IMG/VR virus record: IMGVR_UViG_3300008116_000004
DNA: 64,000 nucleotides
Strand: one strand, 5' to 3'
Origin: a virus
Positions within the stretch are counted from its first letter, which is position 1. The number at the start of each line of letters is the position of its first letter. Under the pieces are notes generated by a model. The model saw only the letters and a list, made by a program, of their open reading frames with translations, did no database searches and had not been told where the DNA came from. Below, in pieces: positions 48,654 to 58,427 of this stretch. The position numbers and the translations under genes are program-made.

Positions 48654-49480
48654 ATATCTTCTAAAGTGCGCTTACCGTAATACTTTACCGACTTATCTTC
48701 AGGCATAATAAGTTCTGCAGTATCACCAGATCTTCTCGGTCCTTCTATAACCTGGAAGTCAACATCCGAAACAATTTTCATTGCATCTATAACTTCTCTA
48801 ACAGTATGACCGATACCACTACCAATGCATTCATAATTTGAATTACTAGGATTTTCAATAGAGTTAACTATACAATCTGCAAGATCAGAAACGTGAACAT
48901 AGTCTCTAATACAAGTACCATCACGGGTATCCCAGTCAGTGCCATTTATAGTAATAAAAGGTCTTTTACCTGCTGCTGCTTCTGCTGCAATACGTATCAA
49001 ATGAGTAGCATTACCAATTTGTCTAAACTCACCGTTATTACCAGCAACATTAAAGAATCTAAAAATGCTATAATTCTTACCGTATGCTTTAATAATATTT
49101 TCTGCAAGTAATTTTGATTGTGCATATGGTGATATAGGATTAAACGCTGATGCTGTAGATGCAAAAATAAAATTATCTGAAGAATATTTTATAAGTGTAT
49201 TAAATGTACCTTCAACATTTGTCTTAACGTACTTCCAAGGAACTCTTACTGACTCTTCAATATCAATAGCACCAGCAAGGTGGACAATTGCATCATAATC
49301 ACCACGGTGATCTTTACGAACTACATCATGTAGGTATGCTGGTTTGTTTAAATATTTTTCAATATCATTGGAAGACCTGCTGATGTCTAGACCTTCAACA
49401 TGATAACCATGTTCAGCTAAAGCCTTAACTGTATGTGAACCAATATAACCATAAGCACCTGTTACTAAGATTTTTTTCAT
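48620..49480 (-). CDS. galE: UDP-glucose 4-epimerase-like
   Basis: TGAYGYIGSH, YAQSK, RFFNVAG, DGTCIRDYVHV. Confidence 0.85.
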   Translation of the reverse strand: MKKILVTGAYGYIGSHTVKALAEHGYHVEGLDISRSSNDIEKYLNKPAYLHDVVRKDHRGDYDAIVHLAGAIDIEESVRVPWKYVKTNVEGTFNTLIKYSSDNFIFASTASAFNPISPYAQSKLLAENIIKAYGKNYSIFRFFNVAGNNGEFRQIGNATHLIRIAAEAAAGKRPFITINGTDWDTRDGTCIRDYVHVSDLADCIVNSIENPSNSNYECIGSGIGHTVREVIDAMKIVSDVDFQVIEGPRRSGDTAELIMPEDKSVKYYGKRTLEDMCMSAYQMELK

Positions 49481-49890
49481 TATGGTAACGCTGCTCTCTT
49501 TCTTAAATCTGTAGTTGAAAATCTATGTTTACGACTATTGTAAATAATTTCAATATTATTATCTAGGCAATACTCTTTACCGGTAAAATCTTTATTACGA
49601 TATTCTTCTCCTACAAATCTTACATTGACTGGAAATATTGTAAGAATATCTAACAAGTCTTTTTCTGTTTCATAAACTATAATTTGATCGACATGCTTAA
49701 CTGCTGCTAACTGTATTTGTCTTTCTACAATCGATTGTGCAGGTTTGTTTTTAGTATCTGGTCTATCTATAGTAGGATCGGTCTGTAACCCTACAATGAG
49801 ATAATCACAGTATTGTTTTGTTTCTTCTAGCATTAAAATATGACCTGCATGAAGAAGATCGAATGTTGAAAATGTTACACCAATTTTCAT
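49480..49890 (-). CDS. Cytidylyltransferase (TagD/RfaE-like)
   Basis: FDLLHAGH, RKHRFSTT. Confidence 0.88.
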   Translation of the reverse strand: MKIGVTFSTFDLLHAGHILMLEETKQYCDYLIVGLQTDPTIDRPDTKNKPAQSIVERQIQLAAVKHVDQIIVYETEKDLLDILTIFPVNVRFVGEEYRNKDFTGKEYCLDNNIEIIYNSRKHRFSTTDLRKRAALP

Positions 49891-49898
49891 AATACACC

Positions 49899-50624
49899 TT
49901 AATTAAATTTTCTAAGATAGTCTAAGCTAATTCTTCCAGATTCAAAATCATTATAACCTGATTTAAGTATTAAGTTAAAATCTCCTGCAAGTCCACACCT
50001 TCTACCATCCTGTAGCTTATTTAGATTAGGATTAGGAACTGTACCATGAGGTAAATTACCAGGCCACATTACTAATAGTCCTTCACGGGGTGGAATAAAA
50101 AAACTATTATAGTTAGTAACGTTACGTTCTTTTAAAAATGTTTTATCTTGCTCAAATCTATCATCATCCATCATACCTGAAAATAACTGATTTGGTCTAT
50201 GAACATTTTTAAATGATAAACAATCTGCGTCTTCTGGAACTTCAAGATAATATACAAATGAAATATCTGAATTAGAATGAATATGATAGTTCATATGATT
50301 GCCAGGTTTATCTAAAATAGACAACCATGTTTTAGTAATATAATATTCAAACACATCACTTTTAACACCTAACAAATCTACATAAGATTTTGCATGTATC
50401 GATATCTGTCTAAAAAAATCTTGGAAAAGAGAATTATGGTGTATATTGATTTTGCCAATATGTTCACCCGTCATTCTATAGATATCGTTTTGTTCATCTA
50501 ATGTTTCAAAGTTATAAGGTTCTATATTATCTAATATAACTTTATTATACTCTCTATAATTATTTAGTTGTGCTGTATAGATTACTGTAGGGAATATAAG
50601 ATGAGCTTCAGTTTCATCAAGCAT
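49899..50624 (-). CDS. 2OG-Fe(II) oxygenase (TIGR02466-like)
   Basis: FPT, HIHS, SFVYY, WPGNLPHG. Confidence 0.75.
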   Translation of the reverse strand: MLDETEAHLIFPTVIYTAQLNNYREYNKVILDNIEPYNFETLDEQNDIYRMTGEHIGKINIHHNSLFQDFFRQISIHAKSYVDLLGVKSDVFEYYITKTWLSILDKPGNHMNYHIHSNSDISFVYYLEVPEDADCLSFKNVHRPNQLFSGMMDDDRFEQDKTFLKERNVTNYNSFFIPPREGLLVMWPGNLPHGTVPNPNLNKLQDGRRCGLAGDFNLILKSGYNDFESGRISLDYLRKFN

Positions 50625-50823
50625 TATCTATTTCTTTTTCTAGCCACTCAATTTCTTTTTTAACTTGAAGTTTCTTTATTTTTAGATCTTTTATTTTAAG
50701 ATCTGGATCGTAATGAATATAAGATTCGTTAATCTGATTTTCTAAATCTTTATGCTTTTCTTTAAGACTTTTAATATGATGTTTAAGTTTTTCTATGTTC
50801 ATATAAGTCTCCATTTTACACAT
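50617..50823 (-). CDS. YdcH/DUF465-like coiled-coil protein
   Basis: LKEKHKDLE..I...LKIKKLQVK.EI. Confidence 0.7.
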   Translation of the reverse strand: MCKMETYMNIEKLKHHIKSLKEKHKDLENQINESYIHYDPDLKIKDLKIKKLQVKKEIEWLEKEIDNA

Positions 50824-50977
50824 AATACCTAAATATATAGGAGTTGATTATTAACTTCAACTGAATAATTATGTGCGCTTGAAATAAATTATAAGATTCG
50901 CGCAATTTAATCATGTTTATATCATTATGAATGACTGATTGATTGAATTAAAATGTTCAACCAATGAGGGAATAAAC

Positions 50978-53344
50978 ATGTCTTTTTTACGTAAAATAGC
51001 TATAGCTTTTGTGGCAGTACTTTCTACATTGACTGTTGCTAAAGCTGATATTGCCGACGGGCAATTTAGTACAAATCAAATATTCGATGTGCAATATTAT
51101 TGGTCAGGAACTACTCTTAACGCTTCTAACTTTATTGCTCCATATGATCAGAACTTTACTCATCCTACTGTAACTTCTGGTCAATACTTTCAATTCTTTA
51201 ATAGTACTACTAATCCAGGGACTTATGGTCTAGGTCTTTATAACAGTGATGGTACTCTTGCACAAGTGCTGCATGATACTGGTACACTTCAAGCTATTGG
51301 TCCAGATGCATTGTTTTATATTGGTTCTGGCTTCTTTGGCACAGTAATCACAACATCAGCTGGTTATAATTATGGTGATAATGCAAGTTTTACTAACATG
51401 GACACTTCTGTATCTGGTACTGATACTACTAGTTATACATGGGCAAGTACAACTCCATTAGCTGCAGGTCAAACTGCAAGTTCTGGTTCTGGTAGTGGTT
51501 CAGGGAGCAGTGTTAGCAACCCAACTAATATGAATTTTGCAACTGGTGATCTAACTGGTTGGACTTCTGGTGGTGGCACTGGAACACAAACATCTTCTTA
51601 TACAGGTACTGGTGTTGGTGTTGCTGTAGTCCAAGGAATGCAAAATTTTAATGCAGGTGGTACTCACTCATGGACTATTACACCACCTACGGGTGACTAC
51701 ATGGTCAGTTTACAACCAACCGGAACACAACAAAGTGGAACTAATGATTTTCAAACAATGGCAACTGCATTAGGTCTTAGTGCTACCAGTGTTACTGAAA
51801 TTCAAAATGCAATGACAGCAACCGGCAACGGTCTTCCAACAAATGCTGCATGGTTATATCAGGATTTAGTATTGTCTAATGGAACTACATTCAACGTTGC
51901 ATGGCAATATGTTTCATCGGACTACGAACCATTTAATGATGGTAGCTTAACATCTCTTGTTAATACTACTGGTACTACAGTTGCAACTGTAAATGGTGAA
52001 AATAAAGAATATGCTCTTCTTGGATTTACTAATGCAGGAACTGGTAACTATTCAGTAGGATCATATGGTGCTACTGGATGGCAACTTGCAACTTATCTTG
52101 TTAATGAAAACGGAACATACAGATTAGGCTTTGGATCATTCAATCTTTCAGATACTGCTCTAAGTCCTATTCTTTTTGTAACTCAATATCAAGGTACAAC
52201 TCTTGATCACGGTGTTGCATTTGGTCCTATTGCTCCTAATCCAGGAAGTAATGCTCCTAACAATTCAGGAGGTGGTAGTGGTACACCTACAATAGTAAGC
52301 ACCGCACCAGGTGCTGATATCGTTACATCAACATCAACTGTTGGTGCAACTGTATCACAAGATACTGTAAATTATACTGCAGCATCTTCTGGTGACACAA
52401 AGACTATCACACAAACTACTGTAACTGCTCACACAACACCAACAACTACTGTTACTATTACAACACCTACTACTGTAGATACTTACAGTGATGGTTCTAC
52501 AGTAACTACTAACGGTACACCTGTAACAACAACCACTACTGTAAGTACTGTTACTTTTGATACTGCTAATGTAGAAGAAACTGCTTATGTTGGTGGTGGA
52601 AATAGTGCATACAATAATGCAATAGTAAAACCATTCTTTGTCGATCCATTAGGTATTCCAGAAGGATCATGGGCTGATGTTTCATTGTCTTCTGGTAATA
52701 ATATTGGTAGTACTAATGTAAACTTTGGTTATCAAAAGACTGTCGAAAATGTTACTGCAGGTGTTGCAGGTTCAGCCGGTAAGGTCGCATCAAGCGGTCT
52801 TAACAATTCATCTGTAACTGGTGATACATATGCAGCAACTGCTTATGTGTTAAATAAGTCTGATGTTGTAGACGTAAAAGGATCAATTGGTTTTGGAATT
52901 GGTAATTATATTGTTAATAATTCAATTGCAAACTTTGGTCTATCTAATCAAACTAAGTCACAACAAAAAACAGCATATGCTGATCTTGCATTTTATTCTC
53001 CAGAAAAGTATGCAGGATGGACACCATTTGCTGGTGTGACTGTTCTTAATAGTGATATTGGTAATGTTGAGGAAACTGGTTCATCATTACTATCAAGTGG
53101 TACTGTTGCATCAAATAAGACATACACAATGCCTTATGTCGGTGTTAAGAACGAAGTATCACCTGGTGTAGTAGTTGAAGTAAAAGCAACTCAAACAGAA
53201 CCATATGGTACTGTTGTATCAGGTAAAGTAACTGCTAAGAATAAAATCACAGACAATGTTTCTCTAAATCTTACTGTAGGTGCTGACAAAGGTCAGAACT
53301 ATGATAGTTTAGCAGTAATGTTAGGTCTTGTAGTTAACTTCTAA
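50978..53344 (+). CDS. Autotransporter-like outer-membrane protein
   Basis: Signal peptide (start revised to 50978, GAGG SD), T/S/G-rich passenger with Thr-rich stalk, C-terminal beta-strand region ending in Phe. Confidence 0.65.
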   Translation: MSFLRKIAIAFVAVLSTLTVAKADIADGQFSTNQIFDVQYYWSGTTLNASNFIAPYDQNFTHPTVTSGQYFQFFNSTTNPGTYGLGLYNSDGTLAQVLHDTGTLQAIGPDALFYIGSGFFGTVITTSAGYNYGDNASFTNMDTSVSGTDTTSYTWASTTPLAAGQTASSGSGSGSGSSVSNPTNMNFATGDLTGWTSGGGTGTQTSSYTGTGVGVAVVQGMQNFNAGGTHSWTITPPTGDYMVSLQPTGTQQSGTNDFQTMATALGLSATSVTEIQNAMTATGNGLPTNAAWLYQDLVLSNGTTFNVAWQYVSSDYEPFNDGSLTSLVNTTGTTVATVNGENKEYALLGFTNAGTGNYSVGSYGATGWQLATYLVNENGTYRLGFGSFNLSDTALSPILFVTQYQGTTLDHGVAFGPIAPNPGSNAPNNSGGGSGTPTIVSTAPGADIVTSTSTVGATVSQDTVNYTAASSGDTKTITQTTVTAHTTPTTTVTITTPTTVDTYSDGSTVTTNGTPVTTTTTVSTVTFDTANVEETAYVGGGNSAYNNAIVKPFFVDPLGIPEGSWADVSLSSGNNIGSTNVNFGYQKTVENVTAGVAGSAGKVASSGLNNSSVTGDTYAATAYVLNKSDVVDVKGSIGFGIGNYIVNNSIANFGLSNQTKSQQKTAYADLAFYSPEKYAGWTPFAGVTVLNSDIGNVEETGSSLLSSGTVASNKTYTMPYVGVKNEVSPGVVVEVKATQTEPYGTVVSGKVTAKNKITDNVSLNLTVGADKGQNYDSLAVMLGLVVNF

Positions 53345-53349
53345 TAGCT

Positions 53350-53382
53350 AAAAAAAAGAGCGGGAATAAAATCCCGCTCTTT
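53350..53382. terminator. Bidirectional terminator
   Basis: A-run, aagagcggga-ataaaa-tcccgctctt, T-run between convergent units. Confidence 0.75.
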
Positions 53383-53389
53383 CTATGTT

Positions 53390-53466
53390 TGGTGCGCATG
53401 GAGGGACTTGAACCCCCAAAACCTAGTTTCTAAGACTAGTACGTATACCAATTCCGTCACACGCGC
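53390..53466 (-). tRNA. tRNA-Leu(TAG) with short (5-nt) variable loop
   Basis: CTAGT-CT-TAG-AA-ACTAG, Leu-type D-loop, A73, 77 nt total. Confidence 0.88.
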
Positions 53467-53470
53467 TAAT

Positions 53471-53546
53471 TGGTGGACCTTATCGGACTCGAACCGATCA
53501 CCTATAGCTTGCAAAGCTATCGCTCTCCCAGATGAGCTAAAGGCCC
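53471..53546 (-). tRNA. tRNA-Ala(TGC)
   Basis: G3:U70; TT-TGC-AA. Confidence 0.95.
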
Positions 53547-53551
53547 TTGAA

Positions 53552-53625
53552 TGGAGCGGGTAACCAGACTCGAACTGGTTTCTACAGCTTGGAAGGCTGG
53601 GGCACAACCCATATACCATACCCGC
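53552..53625 (-). tRNA. tRNA-Gly(TCC)
   Basis: CT-TCC-AA; U73. Confidence 0.92.
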
Positions 53626-53632
53626 AATTAGT

Positions 53633-54109
53633 TTAAGCTGCCATTAATTCTTTCAATCTGTCCGCTGCATATGATGCTGCAAAAGCATTAGGCTTGACCA
53701 TAGGTACCACATTACACATACCACGAATATATCCGGTAGCTTCTGAAATAACACAAGAAGAACCATGATGCTCATCAGGATTGATATCAAGGTGTACTTC
53801 CACATGGCGATCCTCCAACACATCGGCCAACTTCATATACAATTCGGCAACCTTATAAACTTCATTCATTAAACGCATACGAGGTTTATCTCGTTGCTGA
53901 TCGAAGTCACGTTCACGTTGAACTTCTCCAAAGATCTTACATCCACGTTTACCATCAATATGAACAACGACAGCAAGAGTATAATCAGCATGCCATACAT
54001 TATTAATCATGAAACGCTCAGAGTCTGCACCAACATACACTTTTGTTTCTGGTGATTGTGCTAGAATATATTGTTTAACTTCTTCGATATTCATTTCTTT
54101 ACGTAACAT
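53633..54109 (-). CDS. RNase H-like YkuK-family protein
   Basis: VYVGADS, RLMNEV, EVHLDIN, KPNAFAASYAAD. Confidence 0.8.
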   Translation of the reverse strand: MLRKEMNIEEVKQYILAQSPETKVYVGADSERFMINNVWHADYTLAVVVHIDGKRGCKIFGEVQRERDFDQQRDKPRMRLMNEVYKVAELYMKLADVLEDRHVEVHLDINPDEHHGSSCVISEATGYIRGMCNVVPMVKPNAFAASYAADRLKELMAA

Positions 54110-54120
54110 GACCGCTCTCC

Positions 54121-54720
54121 TCAGTCTATATAAAATCCCTTCCTATTATAGTCAGGGGATTCAACAAATCTTAAATTACCTGATACTGATATATGTTCAT
54201 CTTTCCATACTGGTATTGCAATTGAATTACCATGTACAAAGTCAGGATTTTTTCTAAGATGTATTTCTATTGGATTTCCATCGATATATTCTATATTAAT
54301 ATATTCGTATTTTTTAATCAACGGAAAAAATATGGAAGGTAGAGGTATAATATCATCTACTTTTACCCATTTACTAAAACGCCAAAGTTCTTCTGAGTTT
54401 CTATGACCTTCGACTGTTAGTACTTGTCTACCTTCTTTGTAGTCAATACTTAAATGTCTACCTTTGAATACCTCACACCAGAAGTATCCAAATGGTAAAT
54501 GACTAGTATCATCTTTTATGTAATGAAATTCTGCACCACGACCCATACCTGGAATATTAACACATGGTCTTACGATATAAGTATCAGGTCTAGGTACAAC
54601 CATACCTACTGGGCCGCAATTGTATTTTAGCTTTCTTGCAACTATTAACTTATCGAATATCCAAAGATCTTCATCTTTAGCATTCTTCCATGCAATAGCT
54701 TCTACTTCATAGTCTTCCAT
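54121..54720 (-). CDS. ATP-grasp-like phage protein
   Basis: YIVRPCVN..GMG.GA, FWCEVF.G.HLSIDY, NIEYI....IEIH.R.NPDF. Confidence 0.55.
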   Translation of the reverse strand: MEDYEVEAIAWKNAKDEDLWIFDKLIVARKLKYNCGPVGMVVPRPDTYIVRPCVNIPGMGRGAEFHYIKDDTSHLPFGYFWCEVFKGRHLSIDYKEGRQVLTVEGHRNSEELWRFSKWVKVDDIIPLPSIFFPLIKKYEYINIEYIDGNPIEIHLRKNPDFVHGNSIAIPVWKDEHISVSGNLRFVESPDYNRKGFYID

Positions 54721-54736
54721 GGCATACTCAAAGAAA

Positions 54737-54811
54737 TGGAGCGGAGAATGGGATTCGAACCCACGACCGTCTGCTTGGCAAGCAGAAGCTCTACCCCTGA
54801 GCTACCTCCGC
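54737..54811 (-). tRNA. tRNA-Gly(GCC)
   Basis: TT-GCC-AA; U73. Confidence 0.95.
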
Positions 54812-54840
54812 ATTATAAATATTTATTTGAGGGATACACT

Positions 54841-55137
54841 ATGAAAAAATTATTACTTGCAGTCCCATTTATGTTATTACCATTTAGTTCTTTTGCCGCT
54901 GAGCCATCTGGTCAAGTTGCTAAAAAACCCGTTCTATGTTTTGCATTAGACGAGATACTCAACCATCTTAAATCTGAATATGGTGAAATAGTATCAAGAA
55001 AATTTGGTAAAATTGATTTTTTTGAAACTGATGCAATGTTGTTAGAGAACACAGAAAAAGGTTCTTGGACTATTATTGAATATAAAGATAATGTAGGGTG
55101 TGTTATTGCATCTGGTAAAGGTGCAAATAAAGTCTAG
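54841..55137 (+). CDS. Secreted hypothetical protein with late promoter
   Basis: Start revised to MKKLLLAVP; TATAAATA at 54814-54821; signal peptide and two Cys. Confidence 0.65.
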   Translation: MKKLLLAVPFMLLPFSSFAAEPSGQVAKKPVLCFALDEILNHLKSEYGEIVSRKFGKIDFFETDAMLLENTEKGSWTIIEYKDNVGCVIASGKGANKV

Positions 55138-56294
55138 TTTATATATTTTTGTAAAGTATTGCGTATACCTAATTGAGTAAGATTTTGATTAAAAGAAATT
55201 GGATTCCAAGTACCATATTCAAATTTTTCTTTTAAATAGCCAAATTTTATAGTATCACTTTGTAAAATCATATCTACTAATTTTGAATTCTTTATTGCCT
55301 GATCTATTTTCAATTTACCATTATTTTTTGCCATTGACCAAAATCTAGTATCAAACGAAGATCCAGCATAATAATGCAGCATGATCATAGCTTCTACTTC
55401 GTTAATAGTATCAAAATAAAGATTATTAACCCTGTCTAGTGAAGCTTCACCTGTCCATAAACTAAAAGCAGATCTTTGAATTAAGTCCATAGTAGAAATT
55501 GATGTTGCTTCTAATGGTTCTAAAAAGAATGATGCATTACCGTTATAAGATATTCTTTTACTGTAATTTTCTTTTCTATAATAATTGCCAAAAGAAAATG
55601 TATTGGTAATTCCGCTAGGTACTAGATTAAACTCCTCAAAAATATTCTTTACATCTTCTTTTACTTCTTCTAATGTATTAATATTATTATTGTACAAGTA
55701 ACCAATAGAACATCTGTTCTGTAGGGGTATACCAAATACCCAACCATATGGTCTAGCTATAGTTAATGTATATTGAAATCTAGGATATTCCCACATACAT
55801 TGATTGACGTGCACTGAATTAACTGGAATATAATTTGATTCTATAAAATTATCTTTATTAATTTCCGGTTTACCAGAACAATCCATTATAAAGTCTGCAT
55901 CTATTTGATCTGATAATACATTTTTTTCTATAAATTTAAAACGTTTATTATTTTGCACTAATGAAAAAATATATTCTTGAAATTTAACTGCATTAAAATG
56001 TATACCAATATTAGGGGGAGAAAAATGATGATGAAATTCTTTTACGTTAGTTCCCCAGTTTTGTTTGTATATAGATTCTTTTACTGTACCGTCTAACTTT
56101 TTTAAATCTTGATAGGTAAACCCTATATTCTCATAAAGTGCTAGTGGAAAAACTAAATTAGACCCTTCACCAACTGCTTGTGGTTTAATATTATGGTCAA
56201 AATACCAATCAATATCCCAATCAGTCCAACGCATAAAATGAGTTGCTGAAAAAGCTCCTGCAGTACCTTTACCTATGATTGCTAATTTTTTCAT
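55134..56294 (-). CDS. Flavin-dependent tryptophan halogenase-like protein
   Basis: IIGKGTAG, VGEG, DCSG, GWVFGIPL, GNASFFLEPLEATS; start revised because the track ORF extends into tRNA-Val. Confidence 0.8.
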   Translation of the reverse strand: MKKLAIIGKGTAGAFSATHFMRWTDWDIDWYFDHNIKPQAVGEGSNLVFPLALYENIGFTYQDLKKLDGTVKESIYKQNWGTNVKEFHHHFSPPNIGIHFNAVKFQEYIFSLVQNNKRFKFIEKNVLSDQIDADFIMDCSGKPEINKDNFIESNYIPVNSVHVNQCMWEYPRFQYTLTIARPYGWVFGIPLQNRCSIGYLYNNNINTLEEVKEDVKNIFEEFNLVPSGITNTFSFGNYYRKENYSKRISYNGNASFFLEPLEATSISTMDLIQRSAFSLWTGEASLDRVNNLYFDTINEVEAMIMLHYYAGSSFDTRFWSMAKNNGKLKIDQAIKNSKLVDMILQSDTIKFGYLKEKFEYGTWNPISFNQNLTQLGIRNTLQKYIN

Positions 56295-56311
56295 TTTTTC
56301 TTTTTTGTAAT

Positions 56312-56386
56312 TGGTGGGTGATGAGAGGGTCGAACTCCCGACATTCTCGGTGTAAACGAGACGCTCTACCACTGAGCTAATCACCC
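56312..56386 (-). tRNA. tRNA-Val(TAC)
   Basis: TT-TAC-AC; CCA. Confidence 0.95.
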
Positions 56387-56517
56387 AAAATCATTACATG
56401 CACAAGTCTTCATACTTAGTAGTGAACTGTCTATGTTTAGATTGCTCGCCATTAATATGATTGTACCACATAAAGTATAAAAAGTCTACTATTTTTTTCA
56501 TTTCATCTTCCTTTAAA

Positions 56518-56592
56518 TGGCACCAGGACCCAGCAACGATCTGGGAACTTCGGTTTTGGAGACCGACATTTTGCCAATTAAACTATCCCGGC
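56518..56592 (-). tRNA. tRNA-Trp(CCA), atypical T-loop
   Basis: TCGGT-CT-CCA-AA-ACCGA; T-loop ATCGTTG. Confidence 0.85.
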
Positions 56593-56867
56593 TCTTTCTC
56601 TATTACGACACCGATATATTTCTTATTAACCAACACTCCTAAGAATGTTCCTAGAAACGCTCCAAGACCAGCAGGTATCAAAAGCATATTATTACCTACA
56701 TAGCCAATAATTGCAACACTATGTACTAAGAAAATAAACACACTAGTACTTGCAGATGCTATTGCACTATCATTCTGAATATGTCTAATATAGATAGCAT
56801 TGATAAAATCAACAATAAACATAGATAGGAATGCAAGCACTGCATTCAATAACAAAGAATCAAACAT
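56583..56867 (-). CDS. Small three-TM membrane protein
   Basis: Hydrophobic; GAFLGTF. Confidence 0.6.
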   Translation of the reverse strand: MFDSLLLNAVLAFLSMFIVDFINAIYIRHIQNDSAIASASTSVFIFLVHSVAIIGYVGNNMLLIPAGLGAFLGTFLGVLVNKKYIGVVIEKEPG

Positions 56868-56868
56868 G

Positions 56869-57537
56869 TTATCTCTTAATTAATTCATTAGTAAAATCTA
56901 AAAGAAGATCCCAATTAGAAGTCTTCTCTGGTTGCCATTTCTTCTTCATCCACGAATGACAACTATACCAGTTCTCATCTGCTTCCGGGTGTGAGCCAAT
57001 TAATCCTACGCGTCCCTGATAACCAGCCATAACATCGCCGTTAGGATAAGTAGCCACAACATCCATTCTACCGTTACCAACAATGCTACATCCATCATAC
57101 CAATAAATCCTCTCTTCATTACCTAACCAACTAACTTCGAGATCTTTTGGATGTGGTCTTCTTGTTTTTGAACCAGGGCGCCCCATAAATTGGACACAAT
57201 CACGACCTTTAACTAGGTCTAAGTATTTGCTTCCTGCCCAATAGGCACCCATACAAATACCAAGATAATGACCGCCATTATTAATATATTCTCTAATAGT
57301 ATCTTTATGATGTTTCATCACTTTATCAAAAGTGTCTACATCACCTACACCACCAGGAACAGCAATAACATCTACATCGTCAAAAAAATTATCATAAGGT
57401 ATTTTATGACGAGTAAAGATTTTAAATGTGTGCTGAGATTGTAATGCATTAATGATAGCATTAACGCCATCAACTGAGCATCTAGGATGATCTAAGAACA
57501 GCGCAATCTTACCCATTACAACCTCATTATTATACAA
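56869..57537 (-). CDS. BPL_N / class I glutamine amidotransferase-like protein
   Basis: VPGG, GGHYLGICMGAY, IGSHPE (Cys-His-Glu). Confidence 0.8.
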   Translation of the reverse strand: MYNNEVVMGKIALFLDHPRCSVDGVNAIINALQSQHTFKIFTRHKIPYDNFFDDVDVIAVPGGVGDVDTFDKVMKHHKDTIREYINNGGHYLGICMGAYWAGSKYLDLVKGRDCVQFMGRPGSKTRRPHPKDLEVSWLGNEERIYWYDGCSIVGNGRMDVVATYPNGDVMAGYQGRVGLIGSHPEADENWYSCHSWMKKKWQPEKTSNWDLLLDFTNELIKR

Positions 57538-57541
57538 CTAT

Positions 57542-58246
57542 TTATCGGAAGACATTACTTAATTTGTATAGGTAGCTTTTCAGTTTATAATGTTCTTTAT
57601 CTGTTATTAATCTAAAAACGTGATCGTATTCTTCGTCTTTTACTGGAACTATTTTAACTAGAGGTGTCCCAGCTTTCAATATTTCTTTCTTACCTAATGC
57701 ATGCCAATAAACTTGTACATTAATATTATTTGATAACTGAGTATCTAAGAGTCCTGGTATTACACTAAATCTTGTTTCATTATCATACCATACTGGTAAG
57801 AATAAAACTTTATAACCTTTTGGTACATTAACATACCAAGGTGTACTAAATTTCAAGACAGTTTGAAGTGTATTAGGTCTTGGAAAATGTTCAAAAAATA
57901 TTTTTTCGTTAAAAAAATCAATTTCTTTTTTTGTAACACCTTTGAAATTTAAATTTTTTATAACATAATCATCAGCATTTAATGGTGCATTCCACTCAAA
58001 CCATTCACCGGTATTGTTTGCTTCTATCGAAAAATCTTGCCAAGTTCTAATAATATAACCAGTTTTACTATAGTCTATTATACCTGGGCAGTTTTTAATA
58101 TTAGCTTTAGCATCTGGAGATATTTTTACTTTCTTAAATGTTTCAATAAAGTTTGTTTTACTTAATTGAGGAGGATAGTGTTCAAGAGCTACAGGTATAT
58201 CTGTATAAAATTCTATAATAGGTTTAGTCTTAAACATATTAAACAT
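57542..58246 (-). CDS. Hypothetical protein (DUF6065-like), paralog A
   Basis: KNCPGI, GYII, PWY, IPGLLD, KAGTPL. Confidence 0.6.
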   Translation of the reverse strand: MFNMFKTKPIIEFYTDIPVALEHYPPQLSKTNFIETFKKVKISPDAKANIKNCPGIIDYSKTGYIIRTWQDFSIEANNTGEWFEWNAPLNADDYVIKNLNFKGVTKKEIDFFNEKIFFEHFPRPNTLQTVLKFSTPWYVNVPKGYKVLFLPVWYDNETRFSVIPGLLDTQLSNNINVQVYWHALGKKEILKAGTPLVKIVPVKDEEYDHVFRLITDKEHYKLKSYLYKLSNVFR

Positions 58247-58261
58247 AACTACTCCACTAAA

Positions 58262-58338
58262 TGGCGACCGCTACCGGGCTCGAACCGGCGACCTCTAGCG
58301 TGACAGGCTAGCGCTCTGACCGACTGAGCTAAGCGGCC
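58262..58338 (-). tRNA. tRNA-Asp(GTC)
   Basis: CT-GTC-AC; G73. Confidence 0.95.
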
Positions 58339-58344
58339 TTGTAC

Positions 58345-58420
58345 TGGAGGGGAAGATGGGACTCGAACCCACATAAAAAGGTTTTGCAGACCTCTGCCTA
58401 GCCATTCGACGCACTTCCCC
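58345..58420 (-). tRNA. tRNA-Cys(GCA)
   Basis: CT-GCA-AA; U73. Confidence 0.92.
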
Positions 58421-58427
58421 AAATATA

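Noticed and set aside
53383-53619. 78-aa minus-strand ORF
   Set aside because: It is a reading of three tRNA genes (Gly, Ala, Leu).
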